Shown here in pieces: positions 1 through 8,630 of a DNA stretch of 64,000 nucleotides. Source of the DNA: Trueperaceae bacterium. GTDB taxonomy: Bacteria > Deinococcota > Deinococci > Deinococcales > Trueperaceae. Location of the stretch: the NCBI GenBank assembly GCA_965214405.1, contig OZ243956.1, positions 2,272,001 through 2,336,000 of the forward strand, written 5' to 3'. Under the pieces are notes generated by a model. It worked only from the letters and a program-made list of their open reading frames with translations, was not told where the DNA came from and did not search any database. Position 1 is the first letter of the stretch, and each line of letters opens with the position of its first letter. A program made the translations under genes and the position numbers.

Positions 1-2
1 GC

Positions 3-227
3 AGTTGGCGCTCCACCATCCGCGAACAGCGTAGGCAATTGAGACTTGTATTTCAAGATAGCCCAAGTCTTGAAAAAGCTTACGTCCCTAATATGTTTGA
101 CGCCATCTATCAAGACGCCCGACAAGAGGCCAGCGAAGAAACACGCCTGGGCTTAGAAACATTCCCCGCGATCTGTCCTTACAGCCTCGAGCAAGTTTTA
201 GACGAAGACTTTTTCCCGGAGGACTGA
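3..227 (+). CDS. DUF29 family protein (5' end outside window)
   Basis: Frame is open from position 3: SWRSTIREQRRQLRLVFQDSPSL...FPAICPYSLEQVLDEDFFPED, a typical DUF29 C-terminus. Confidence 0.85.
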   Translation, partial: SWRSTIREQRRQLRLVFQDSPSLEKAYVPNMFDAIYQDARQEASEETRLGLETFPAICPYSLEQVLDEDFFPED

Positions 228-316
228 CTGATGATGGCGACGCAAGACGGTGAGGTGGCAGTGTGGAGCGTTTACGCGTGGCTAAACGAAACTTTGCCAA
301 AGCCGGGTACAGCAAG

Positions 317-778
317 ATGAGCAGCAAAGCGTTAAAAGAACGAGAGACGGGGCTGTACGACCAGGATTTCCAGCTTTGGCTCGAGCAGCAAACCGACCTG
401 CTGAGGCAAAAACGTTTTGACGAACTAGACTTGGACAATCTAATTGAGGAGATTGACGCTATCGCTAGAAGAGACAAGCGTGAGGTGGAAAGTCGGCTCA
501 TTGTTTTACTCATTCATCTACTCAAATACCGCTATCAAGCTCAAAAGCGAAGTCGGAGCTGGCTTGGCACTATTACTGAACAGCGTTCTGAACTCGAGCT
601 TGTTCTCAGAGACAGCCCGAGCTTGCGGGCTTATGCAGCTTCGGTTCTGGAGTCGTCCTACGCCAAAGCCCGCAAACGAGCCCTAAGAGAAACGCGTTTG
701 AGCCTCGAGAAGTTTCCCCCAACATGCCCTTACAATCTCGAGCAAGTTTTGGACGAAGATTTTTTTCCGGAAGGCTGA
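317..778 (+). CDS. DUF29 family protein
   Basis: LYDQDFQLWLEQQ..LL..KRFDELDLDNLIEEI..., LLIHLLKY.YQ...RSRSW...I.EQR, DSPSL, FP..CPY..EQVLDEDFFP; ATG at 317 preferred over GTG at 263. Confidence 0.9.
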   Translation: MSSKALKERETGLYDQDFQLWLEQQTDLLRQKRFDELDLDNLIEEIDAIARRDKREVESRLIVLLIHLLKYRYQAQKRSRSWLGTITEQRSELELVLRDSPSLRAYAASVLESSYAKARKRALRETRLSLEKFPPTCPYNLEQVLDEDFFPEG

Positions 779-829
779 TTTATGGCGGTGCAGAACATCC
801 ACCAGTGGTTATCTTTAGGAGGTGAACAG

Positions 830-895
830 AGTGGTTAGTGGTTAGTGGCTAGTGATTAGAAAAATCTAACCACTAGCCACTAACCACTCGCCACT
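830..895. repeat. Hairpin built of heptamer tandem repeats: (AGTGGYT)x4 - loop - (ARCCACT)x4
   Basis: agtggtt agtggtt agtggct agtgatt aga AAAA tct aaccact agccact aaccact cgccact. Confidence 0.9.
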
Positions 896-901
896 TCCCT
901 T

Positions 902-2257
902 ATGGCTGATTTAAGTATCAACTTCGCAGGCATCACTTCCCCCAATCCCTTCTGGCTCGCCTCTGCCCCGCCGACGAATACCGCGTACCAAATCAACAAA
1001 GCGTTTGAATACGGCTGGGGCGGCGCGGTCTGGAAAACGGTGGGCGCGCCCGTCTTGAACGTGTGCAGCCGCTACGGGGGCTTCGAGTACGCGGGCAACA
1101 AGCTCGTCGCCATCAACAACGTCGAACTGATTTCGGACCGGCCTTTAGAGACCAACTTGAGAGAAATCCGCGAAGTCAAGCTGCTCTGGCCTGACCGGGC
1201 GGTCGTTGTCTCCGCGATGGTCGAGTCCAAGCCCGAAGCCTGGCGCGAGATTGTGCAAAAAATCGAGGACACCGGGGCGGACGGGATTGAGCTCAACTAC
1301 GGCTGCCCGCACGGGATGAGCGAGCGCGGGATGGGCTCGGCGGTGGGGCAGGTGCCTGAGTATTGCTCGATGATTACCGAGTGGGTGACGGAAGTCTCCA
1401 GCATCCCCGTCATCGTCAAGCTCACGCCCAACGTGACCGACATCGTGCCGCCCGCCAAGGCGGCGGTGCGAGGTAAAGCGGACGCCATCAGCCTTATCAA
1501 CACCATCAACTCGATTATCGGGGTGGATCTGGACTCGTTTCGGCTCGAGCCCAACGTGGGCGGCAAGGGCTCGCACGGCGGCTACGCGGGTCCGGCGGTC
1601 AAGCCCGTCGCGCTCCACATGTTATCAATGGTAGCGGGCGACGAGGACGTGCGGCGTGCGGGGCTGCCCATCTCGGGGATGGGCGGCATCCAGACCTGGC
1701 GCGACGCGGCGGAATTTTTGCTTCTCGGCGCGACCAGCCTGCAAGTCTGCACCGCGGTCATGCACTACGGCTTCCGGATTATCGAGGATTTGACCGACGG
1801 GTTGTCGAACTGGCTGGACGAAAAGAACGCTGCCTCGGTAAACGACATTATCGGTGCGTCCGTCCCGCGCGTCTCATCCTTTGGCGATTTCGACCTCGCT
1901 TACAAGACGGTGGCCCGCATCGATCCAGAGCTCTGCATCCACTGCAACCTTTGCTACGTCGCCTGCGACGAGGGCGCGCACCAGTGCATCGACCTCACGG
2001 TAGACGGCGTGAAGATTGACCCGGCGAGCTACACCGGAAGCGTAAAGCCTCAGCCCGTCGTGCGCGAAGACGACTGCGTGGGCTGTAACCTCTGCTCGTT
2101 GGTCTGCCCGGTGGACGACTGCATCACGATGATTGAGGTGCCGCCCGAGCGAGAGAGTGTCACCTGGCGGGAGCTGAGCGAGAAGCGGCCCGAGGTCACG
2201 GAGGATTGGGAGGCGATGGAAAAGTATCGGGAGAATGTGGGGATTGAGATTCACTAG
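902..2257 (+). CDS. preA: NAD-dependent dihydropyrimidine dehydrogenase subunit PreA
   Basis: NPFWLASAPPT, ELNYGCPHGMSERGMGSAVGQ, KLTPN and two C-terminal 4Fe-4S motifs (CIHCNLCYVAC, CVGCNLCSLVCP). Confidence 0.95.
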   Translation: MADLSINFAGITSPNPFWLASAPPTNTAYQINKAFEYGWGGAVWKTVGAPVLNVCSRYGGFEYAGNKLVAINNVELISDRPLETNLREIREVKLLWPDRAVVVSAMVESKPEAWREIVQKIEDTGADGIELNYGCPHGMSERGMGSAVGQVPEYCSMITEWVTEVSSIPVIVKLTPNVTDIVPPAKAAVRGKADAISLINTINSIIGVDLDSFRLEPNVGGKGSHGGYAGPAVKPVALHMLSMVAGDEDVRRAGLPISGMGGIQTWRDAAEFLLLGATSLQVCTAVMHYGFRIIEDLTDGLSNWLDEKNAASVNDIIGASVPRVSSFGDFDLAYKTVARIDPELCIHCNLCYVACDEGAHQCIDLTVDGVKIDPASYTGSVKPQPVVREDDCVGCNLCSLVCPVDDCITMIEVPPERESVTWRELSEKRPEVTEDWEAMEKYRENVGIEIH

Positions 2258-2306
2258 CGCCAAGAGGAGGGATTGAAGACATGTCCGAGAGGCGCTGGAA
2301 GGTTGA

Positions 2307-2921
2307 ATGCTTGTGAAACGTCATCTTAGAGCGGTTCTGACGCTTCCTTTCGTGGTGACGGTGGTGATTCCCGGCACACTACTTCTTACGCTGACGGGAG
2401 TTGACACACGCTGGAACATTCACGCCGCCGCCTACAGCCTCGCGTTCTGCGTCTCCATCGTCTTGATGTTTCTCGGCGCAGCCCTTTTCAGCATCACGGT
2501 CTACTTGTTCGCCCGCGAAGGCCGGGGCACGCTTGCCCCTTGGGACCCGACGCAAAAGCTGGTGGTGAGCGGTCCCTATCAATTTGTGAGAAATCCCGTG
2601 ATTACGGGGGTTCTGGCCCTTCTGTTCGCTGAGGCGTTGCTCATCGGGTCGTGGGTCATCCTGTTGTGGGCGGCTGTTTTCTTCCTCGTCAACACCCTCT
2701 ATTTTGTTTACAGCGAGGAGCCGGGGCTGCTAAAACGGTTCGGGAGCGAGTACGCACTGTACATGCAACGTGTCCCAAGGTGGCTGCCCCGATTTTCCGA
2801 CGCCTCAACCCGCCCTAATTCTCCTCAACCCGAAAGGAGTACCGATGGGTCTGCTCATCAAAAACGGCGAAATAGTCACTGCCGACGCGCGTTACAAAGC
2901 CGACATCTACTGCGAGGATGA
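2307..2921 (+). CDS. Isoprenylcysteine carboxylmethyltransferase / PEMT-like membrane protein
   Basis: GRGTLAPWDPTQKLVVSGPYQFVRNP, EEPGLLKRFG.EY..Y...VPRWLPR; the 3' tail overlaps hydA by 77 nt. Confidence 0.8.
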   Translation: MLVKRHLRAVLTLPFVVTVVIPGTLLLTLTGVDTRWNIHAAAYSLAFCVSIVLMFLGAALFSITVYLFAREGRGTLAPWDPTQKLVVSGPYQFVRNPVITGVLALLFAEALLIGSWVILLWAAVFFLVNTLYFVYSEEPGLLKRFGSEYALYMQRVPRWLPRFSDASTRPNSPQPERSTDGSAHQKRRNSHCRRALQSRHLLRG

Positions 2922-4233
2922 AACGATTACACGCATCGGCCTCGACTTAGACGCGCCGGAGGGTACAGAAGTCGTTGACGCTGCGGGCAAGTACGTTTTC
3001 CCTGGCTTTATCGACCCGCACGTCCACATTTACCTGCCCTTCATGTCAACCTTCGCCAAAGACACGCACGAAACGGGCTCCAAGGCGGCGCTCGTGGGCG
3101 GCACCACCACCTACATCGAAATGCTCGCCCCGTCGCGCGACGAGGACCTGATGGAAGGCTACGAACTTTGGACCTCCAAGGCGGCGGGCCACAGCGCCTG
3201 CGACTACACCTTCCACATCGGCGTCTCCAAGTTCGACGACAAAACGGAGGGGCAGCTCCGCGAGATTGTGGCGGGCGGCATGACCTCGTTCAAGGTGTTT
3301 CTCGCTTACAAGGGCTTTTTCGGGGTGAGCGACGAAGAACTTTACAAGACGCTGAGGCTCGCCAAAGAACTCGGCGTCACCGTGGCGGCGCACTGCGAGA
3401 ACGCCGAACTTGTGGCGCAGCGGCAGGGGCAGCTTCTCTCCGAGGGAAAGACGGGGGCGCGGTGGCACGAGCCGAGCCGCCCGGTTGAGGTCGAGGCGGA
3501 GGGGACGCATCACTTTGCAACCTTTTTGGAAATGACCGGGACAAAAGGTTACGTGGTGCATCTCAGTTGCGAGGCGGCGCTGAAAGTGGCGCTCGAGGCC
3601 AAAATGCGCGGGGTTGACCTGTCCATCGAGGCGTGTATCCCTCACCTCGTTCTGGACAAAACCTACGCCGAGCGGCCCGGCGTCGAAGGGGCTAAGTTTG
3701 TGATGTCCCCGCCCCTACGCGAGAAGAATAACCAAAAAGCGCTGTGGAACGCGCTTTCCGCGGGCCTCATTGACACCGTTGGCACCGACCACTGCCCCTT
3801 TGACGTCGAACAAAAGGCGATGGGCGAGCCCGACTTCACCAAAATCCCCAACGGCCTGCCCGCCATCGAAGACCGCGTCAACCTGCTCTACACCTACGGC
3901 GTGAGCCGGGGCGGGCTCGACCTCCACCGCTTTGTGGACGCCGCTTCGACACGGGCGGCCAAGCTCTTCGGGCTCGAGCCGCGCAAGGGCATCATCGCGG
4001 TAGGGAGCGACGCCGATCTGGTGGTGTACGACCCCCACTACCGCGGCACCATCTCCGCCAAAACGCAGCACATGAACAGCGACTACAGCGCGTTCGAGGG
4101 GATGGAGATTGATGGGCGTCCAAGCGTGGTGACGGTGCGGGGCAAGGTGGCAGCGCGGGACGGTGAATTTGTGGGTGAGGTGGGGCGTGGCAGACTGTTA
4201 AAACGTGACGTAGGCACACAACGAGCAAGTTGA
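2845..4233 (+). CDS. hydA: Dihydropyrimidinase (D-hydantoinase)
   Basis: PGFIDPHVH, SFKVFLAYK, HCEN, GTDHCPF, IPNGLPAIEDR; RBS GAAAGGAG before ATG 2845. Confidence 0.95.
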   Translation: MGLLIKNGEIVTADARYKADIYCEDETITRIGLDLDAPEGTEVVDAAGKYVFPGFIDPHVHIYLPFMSTFAKDTHETGSKAALVGGTTTYIEMLAPSRDEDLMEGYELWTSKAAGHSACDYTFHIGVSKFDDKTEGQLREIVAGGMTSFKVFLAYKGFFGVSDEELYKTLRLAKELGVTVAAHCENAELVAQRQGQLLSEGKTGARWHEPSRPVEVEAEGTHHFATFLEMTGTKGYVVHLSCEAALKVALEAKMRGVDLSIEACIPHLVLDKTYAERPGVEGAKFVMSPPLREKNNQKALWNALSAGLIDTVGTDHCPFDVEQKAMGEPDFTKIPNGLPAIEDRVNLLYTYGVSRGGLDLHRFVDAASTRAAKLFGLEPRKGIIAVGSDADLVVYDPHYRGTISAKTQHMNSDYSAFEGMEIDGRPSVVTVRGKVAARDGEFVGEVGRGRLLKRDVGTQRAS

Positions 4234-4336
4234 ATGTCGCACGGTAATTTACCAGTAGATATGCTCACCACTGCCTTATCGGAGGGCAACGAGACAGCCT
4301 GGAAAGTTCGAGATGTCCCGATAGTTCTCGAGCTAG

Positions 4337-5254
4337 GGTCTGTCTGACTAATCAAAGCCAGAGGATGATGGAGGCGAGGAGCACACCAGCACGGTAGTTT
4401 CTGCCGCGTTTGTCGTAGCGGGTGGCAACGGCGCGAAAGTCTTTAAGTCGGTTGATGCAGCGTTCGACCACGTTACGTCCTTTGTAGGCTTGCTTATCGA
4501 AAGCAGGAGGTCGTCCACCTTTTGTGCCCTTAGACAAGCGAGACTTCTTGGCATCTTCGCGCTCGGGGCTGATACAGATGATGCCCCTGCGCCTTAGTAT
4601 CTTCCGCTGCTTGTTGAAACCATAAGCGCGGTCGAGTCTAAGCTGAGGGGGGCGCTTACGCGGTCGCCCTCTGCCAAGGCGGGGCACATAAATCTCGTCC
4701 AAGACCGGCTCTAGCCAAGCGGCGTCGTTGCGCTGTCCCGCCGTGATGACCACGGACAGGGGTCGCACTTTGCCGTCCGCGCAGGTATGCACCTTGCTGG
4801 TGTGGCCTCCGCGTGAGTGTCCCAGCCACTCGTCTGCTAAGGTCCCCTTTTTTCACCCTCAGCAGGCCGCTTCCTCGCCCCGCTGGCGCTGCGGTGCGCT
4901 TTAATATGAGAGCTGTCTAACGCTGCGCCGTCCCAATCAATCTCACCCGCCGCATCGGCGTGAGCTTGAAGCCTGTGCAGGATGCGCTTCCAGACACCGT
5001 TGCGCTCCCACCTCGTGAAGCGGTCCCAGCAGGTCTGCCAAGGTCCGTAGCGTTCAGGAACGTCGCGCCAGGGAGCGCCTGTTTTCAAGCGCCACGAAAT
5101 GCCGTTGATGACCTGTCGGTGGTTGCGGTAGTTGTGACCCCGTTGGGGATTGGGGGGTAGATGCGGTTTTAGTGCTTGCCACTGCTGCTCTTTTAGGTCT
5201 GTTCGTGCCATACGCCTACCCTAAACCATCTTCATCCCTTCTGTCAGACAGACC
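4337..5254 (-). mobile_element. IS5-family insertion sequence (two-ORF, IS427-like)
   Basis: Terminal IRs GGTCTGTCTGAC / GTCAGACAGACC flanked by CTAG at 4333-4336 and 5255-5258 (or a TA duplication with 1-bp longer IRs). Confidence 0.95.
4352..5211 (-). CDS. IS5 transposase, OrfA (4837-5211) and OrfB joined by a probable -1 frameshift
   Basis: OrfA has [21 protein letters not shown] and [19 protein letters not shown] near 4844-4853 on the minus strand; the -1 frame continues [13 protein letters not shown]...[23 protein letters not shown]. Confidence 0.9.
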
Positions 5255-5644
5255 CTAGCTCGTAACCACATGCTCGCTTGTTTGGGTGGGCAGTTTCAGT
5301 TTAGATTCGATAATGGAATCTGCGAGATGTACTGGCTGAATGCTGACTCGGCAGCGCGCAAGAAGAGCGAAAGCTGGGAGCAGTATGTTAACCGCAGCAT
5401 AAACGAGGTTTTGACGAGATTTGAATCGCTGCTTGAACAAACCGATTTTGACGTGGAAATTCGAAACTGGAAGTTTTTGAATTCAAAAAGACTGCAAAAT
5501 GTTGAGCTAACGGAGCATCTTTTCTTCGTCGCGTACTTTGTATCTGAAGATTAGGACACTTCTAACTGAGTACCACAAGAAATACTGAGTCGCCTTATCC
5601 AACACCGTGACATGTGTGTTAGACAATGCCGTTCACAGGACGGG

Positions 5645-6352
5645 TCAGGCCTCACCTCGAGCCTCCCCCAACCCCTCCACAAAAGCCCGATGTTCCTCCC
5701 CACCCAAACACCCTTGCAACGTGCTGAGCCCCCCCGCCAAGTCCCCATTCAGGAGCGCGTCGGCATTTAAGCAGAGACCTGGAAACGTTCGGCTGTGGAT
5801 GACGCCCGCTTTGGTCTCGAGCGGCTCGTAAACACCTTCATCGAGATAGAACCAGGTGAGTTGGGACTCGAGCATACGCCACACAAGGTACTCTTTCACC
5901 CCGTTGCGCTGATAAACGTGCCTTTTGTCGTGAAGGTCGTAAGAGGCGCTGCTGGCGGCTATTTCAACGACGAGTTCGGGAGGTCCCTCGAGGTAATCGT
6001 CACTACTCTGCCTCGAGGTGCCTCCTGCCTGTTCGTCTATTCGCAAGAGCACATCAGGCTGAGGTTCGTTATCGTTGTCCAAACGAACCGTCGTATTATC
6101 CGCAAAGTCAAGGTGAGGTGTGGAAGCAACGTACAAGCCGAGCCAAGCGACCACTCTGGCATGAGGAGCACCGTGCTTCTTATAGTGGACAGGCGAGGGC
6201 ATGTACACGACTCCTTCGATAAGTTCGGCTTTCTTTATATGAGGCATCGCGTGGTAGCGGCGCTCAAACTCGGCGCGCGTGAGTTTGTCGCCGTTCTCCA
6301 AAGGTGGCATCGTTGCGGCGGTTTGCCCCTTGCGTAGTTGGGTTACGCTCAT
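5645..6352 (-). CDS. Uma2 family (PD-(D/E)XK) endonuclease
   Basis: [64 protein letters not shown]. Confidence 0.9.
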   Translation of the reverse strand: MSVTQLRKGQTAATMPPLENGDKLTRAEFERRYHAMPHIKKAELIEGVVYMPSPVHYKKHGAPHARVVAWLGLYVASTPHLDFADNTTVRLDNDNEPQPDVLLRIDEQAGGTSRQSSDDYLEGPPELVVEIAASSASYDLHDKRHVYQRNGVKEYLVWRMLESQLTWFYLDEGVYEPLETKAGVIHSRTFPGLCLNADALLNGDLAGGLSTLQGCLGGEEHRAFVEGLGEARGEA

Positions 6353-6449
6353 CCTGGAGTCCTCCCTTATCTAACAGTTTACCGCAACGGCGTAGAAGAA
6401 AAATGCGCGGTGCGGCTCGAGCATAAGCGTGTAACAAGCCCCACTTTCC

Positions 6450-6465
6450 TGTAAACTTATTTACA
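6450..6465. promoter_or_regulatory. Palindromic candidate operator upstream of the ABC operon
   Basis: TGTAAA-CTTA-TTTACA. Confidence 0.4.
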
Positions 6466-6499
6466 CTGCTTCGCGCCGTCCTTATGTTGGGAGTTCTCT

Positions 6500-7321
6500 T
6501 TGAGCTTGGTCCAAACCACACCGGATAGAACAGCCGGAACCGCCACATCCCACCGGCCCGCGGTTGTTTCCGTTCGCGGCCTCAATATGGTTTATAGGGG
6601 ACGCGGCGCGGAAACGGTGGCGCTCAAAGACGCCAATTTGGAGATTGGCGAGGGCGCGTTCGTCTCGCTCATCGGCCCCTCTGGCTGCGGCAAAACGACG
6701 CTGCTGCGGCTCATCGCCGACCTCATCCAGCCGACCTCGGGCGAGCTTACGGTCTCAGGCAAGACGCCGCGGCAGGCGCGGCTCGAGCGGGCGTACGGTT
6801 ACGTGTTTCAAGCCCCCGTCCTGTACGAGTGGCGCACGGTGCTCAAGAACGTGATGCTGCCCTTGGAGATTATGAAGTTACCCGCGAAAGAACGGCGGGA
6901 GAGGGCGGGGCGGCTTTTGGAAATGGTCGGCCTCCAAGACTTTCACGCACAGTACCCCTGGCAACTCTCGGGCGGGATGCAGCAGCGCGTCTCGATTGCG
7001 CGCGCGCTCGCCTTTGACCCCCAGCTCCTGCTCATGGACGAGCCTTTCGGGGCCTTGGACGAGATTACGCGGGAGGCCATGAACTTAGAACTTTTGCGCA
7101 TCTGGCAGGAAACGGGCAAGACGGTTGTGTTCGTGACTCACTCGATCGCCGAGGCCGTATTTTTGAGTTCCCACATCGTGGTGATGACGCCGCGGCCCGG
7201 CAAAATCGAGCGTGTGATTGAGGTGAGGCTCCCCTATCCCAGAAGCAATGACACACGCGAGTCTCAGGCTTTTTTCGACCTCGCCACCGAGGTGCGCGAG
7301 GCGTTGAGGGGCGCACATTAA
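6500..7321 (+). CDS. NitT/TauT-type ABC transporter ATP-binding protein (probable pyrimidine uptake)
   Basis: GPSGCGKT, LSGGMQQR, LLMDEPFGALD, VTHS; start codon uncertain. Confidence 0.92.
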   Translation: MSLVQTTPDRTAGTATSHRPAVVSVRGLNMVYRGRGAETVALKDANLEIGEGAFVSLIGPSGCGKTTLLRLIADLIQPTSGELTVSGKTPRQARLERAYGYVFQAPVLYEWRTVLKNVMLPLEIMKLPAKERRERAGRLLEMVGLQDFHAQYPWQLSGGMQQRVSIARALAFDPQLLLMDEPFGALDEITREAMNLELLRIWQETGKTVVFVTHSIAEAVFLSSHIVVMTPRPGKIERVIEVRLPYPRSNDTRESQAFFDLATEVREALRGAH

Positions 7322-7322
7322 G

Positions 7323-8630
7323 GTGGCGCGACTGGGGCGCGTGGGTCCGGTGCTCATCACGCTGGGCGTCCTCATCTTGCTCGGTTACCCGCTGGCGCTC
7401 CTTTTCGGCCTGCCGCTCGCGTGGCGCGACCAGCACGATTTGCGTAAGTGGGAAAAAGAGACCGTCACCGCGCCGGATGGTGAGACGCTGCGGGGTGAGG
7501 CCGACGGCAGCAACCGGACGTTCGAGTTCCCCACTGAAAATGTTGTCGAAAACGACGAGGGCCGCAGTTTGTTTGTGAATGATACGCCGCTCTCGAGCAC
7601 CGCCGAACGCCCCGAGGAACGCGTAGACGGCGCGCAACGCACGTTTACATTTGAAAGCAACCAAGGTCTCATCACCCTGAATGACCGGCTTATGAGTGAG
7701 GAAGACTATTCTCGAGAGGGTAATATCATCACCTTTGCGGAGCCTCCGCCGCGCAACGCGGCGCTCAGGCAGTACCGGGATTATTTCGTGAGCCGCCCCG
7801 CGGCGGGTGAAGTGCGGCTTGCCAAAGCGCCTCCGGTTGGGGCTCGAGTCTGGGCAAGTCAGTACACCGTCTACGCCAAACCGGGTTGCGGGGCGTCGCT
7901 GCTCGAGTGCTTCTACGCGCTGCCGCAGCACCCCGTCCCCTTCCCCCACTGGATTGCCGCGCGCATAGCACCGTTTTTCGGTAAGTACGCCCTCACCGAC
8001 GAGCGCAACGTGGTCCGGGCGACGCTCTACACGACGCTGGGGACGCTCGCGGCGCTCGGGTTAGGCGGAGCGGTCGGTATCATTTTGGCGGTGCTTTTTG
8101 TGCTCTTTAGGCCGCTCGAGCGCGCCCTTTTACCCTGGACCATCGCCTCACAAACGGTCCCCATCATCGCGCTCGTGCCCGTGCTCCTGCTCATTTTGGG
8201 GAATATGGGCATCACCATCCAGACGAGCCTCCTGCCCACCGCCATCATCGGGGCGTACATTTGCTTTTTTCCGGTGGTGGTAAGCACCGTCAAGGGCCTG
8301 CGCGCGGTGGACCCGCTCGCCTTGGATTTGATGCGGTCTTACGCCGCGACGCCGCGACAGGTGTTTCTCAAGGTGCGCTTTCCCGCCGCGGTGCCCTTTT
8401 TCTTTACGGGGCTCAAACTGGGCACCGCCGCCGCGCTCGTCGGGGCCTTGGTCGCCGAGACCGAATCGAACAACCGCCGCGGTTTGGGCTTCCAGATTTT
8501 AGGTCAGGTGCAGTCGGGCAACGTGGCGGACGTGTGGATTTTGCTCCTGATTTCTGGACTTTTGGGTATCGGTCTGGTGACGCTCGTCAACCTCGTGCAG
8601 CGCGTGCTAGCACCCTGGGAGCGGGCGTGA
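7323..8630 (+). CDS. ABC transporter permease with a large extracytoplasmic insert
   Basis: C-terminal SsuC/TauC-type permease (QTVPIIALVP, FFPVVVSTVKGL, KVRFPAAVPFFF); N-terminal TM helix plus a ~130 aa beta-rich insert. Confidence 0.88.
   Translation: MARLGRVGPVLITLGVLILLGYPLALLFGLPLAWRDQHDLRKWEKETVTAPDGETLRGEADGSNRTFEFPTENVVENDEGRSLFVNDTPLSSTAERPEERVDGAQRTFTFESNQGLITLNDRLMSEEDYSREGNIITFAEPPPRNAALRQYRDYFVSRPAAGEVRLAKAPPVGARVWASQYTVYAKPGCGASLLECFYALPQHPVPFPHWIAARIAPFFGKYALTDERNVVRATLYTTLGTLAALGLGGAVGIILAVLFVLFRPLERALLPWTIASQTVPIIALVPVLLLILGNMGITIQTSLLPTAIIGAYICFFPVVVSTVKGLRAVDPLALDLMRSYAATPRQVFLKVRFPAAVPFFFTGLKLGTAAALVGALVAETESNNRRGLGFQILGQVQSGNVADVWILLLISGLLGIGLVTLVNLVQRVLAPWERA

Larger units (their letters stand above)
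4234..5554 (+). pseudogene. Imm40-like putative immunity protein gene split by IS5
   Basis: Removing the IS and one CTAG restores one ORF: MSHGNLPVDML...AWKVRDVPIVLE-LA-RNHMLACLGGQFQF...ESWEQYVNRS...FVAYFVSED. The family call is from motif resemblance only. Confidence 0.75.

Noticed and set aside
8261..8626. N-terminal extension of the second permease in the ORF track
   Set aside because: It overlaps the first permease and is low-complexity Arg/Gly; the GTGA-coupled start at 8627 is more plausible. Similar extensions were trimmed for hydA, DUF3179, pdxH, uraH, uraD and the aldo/keto reductase.
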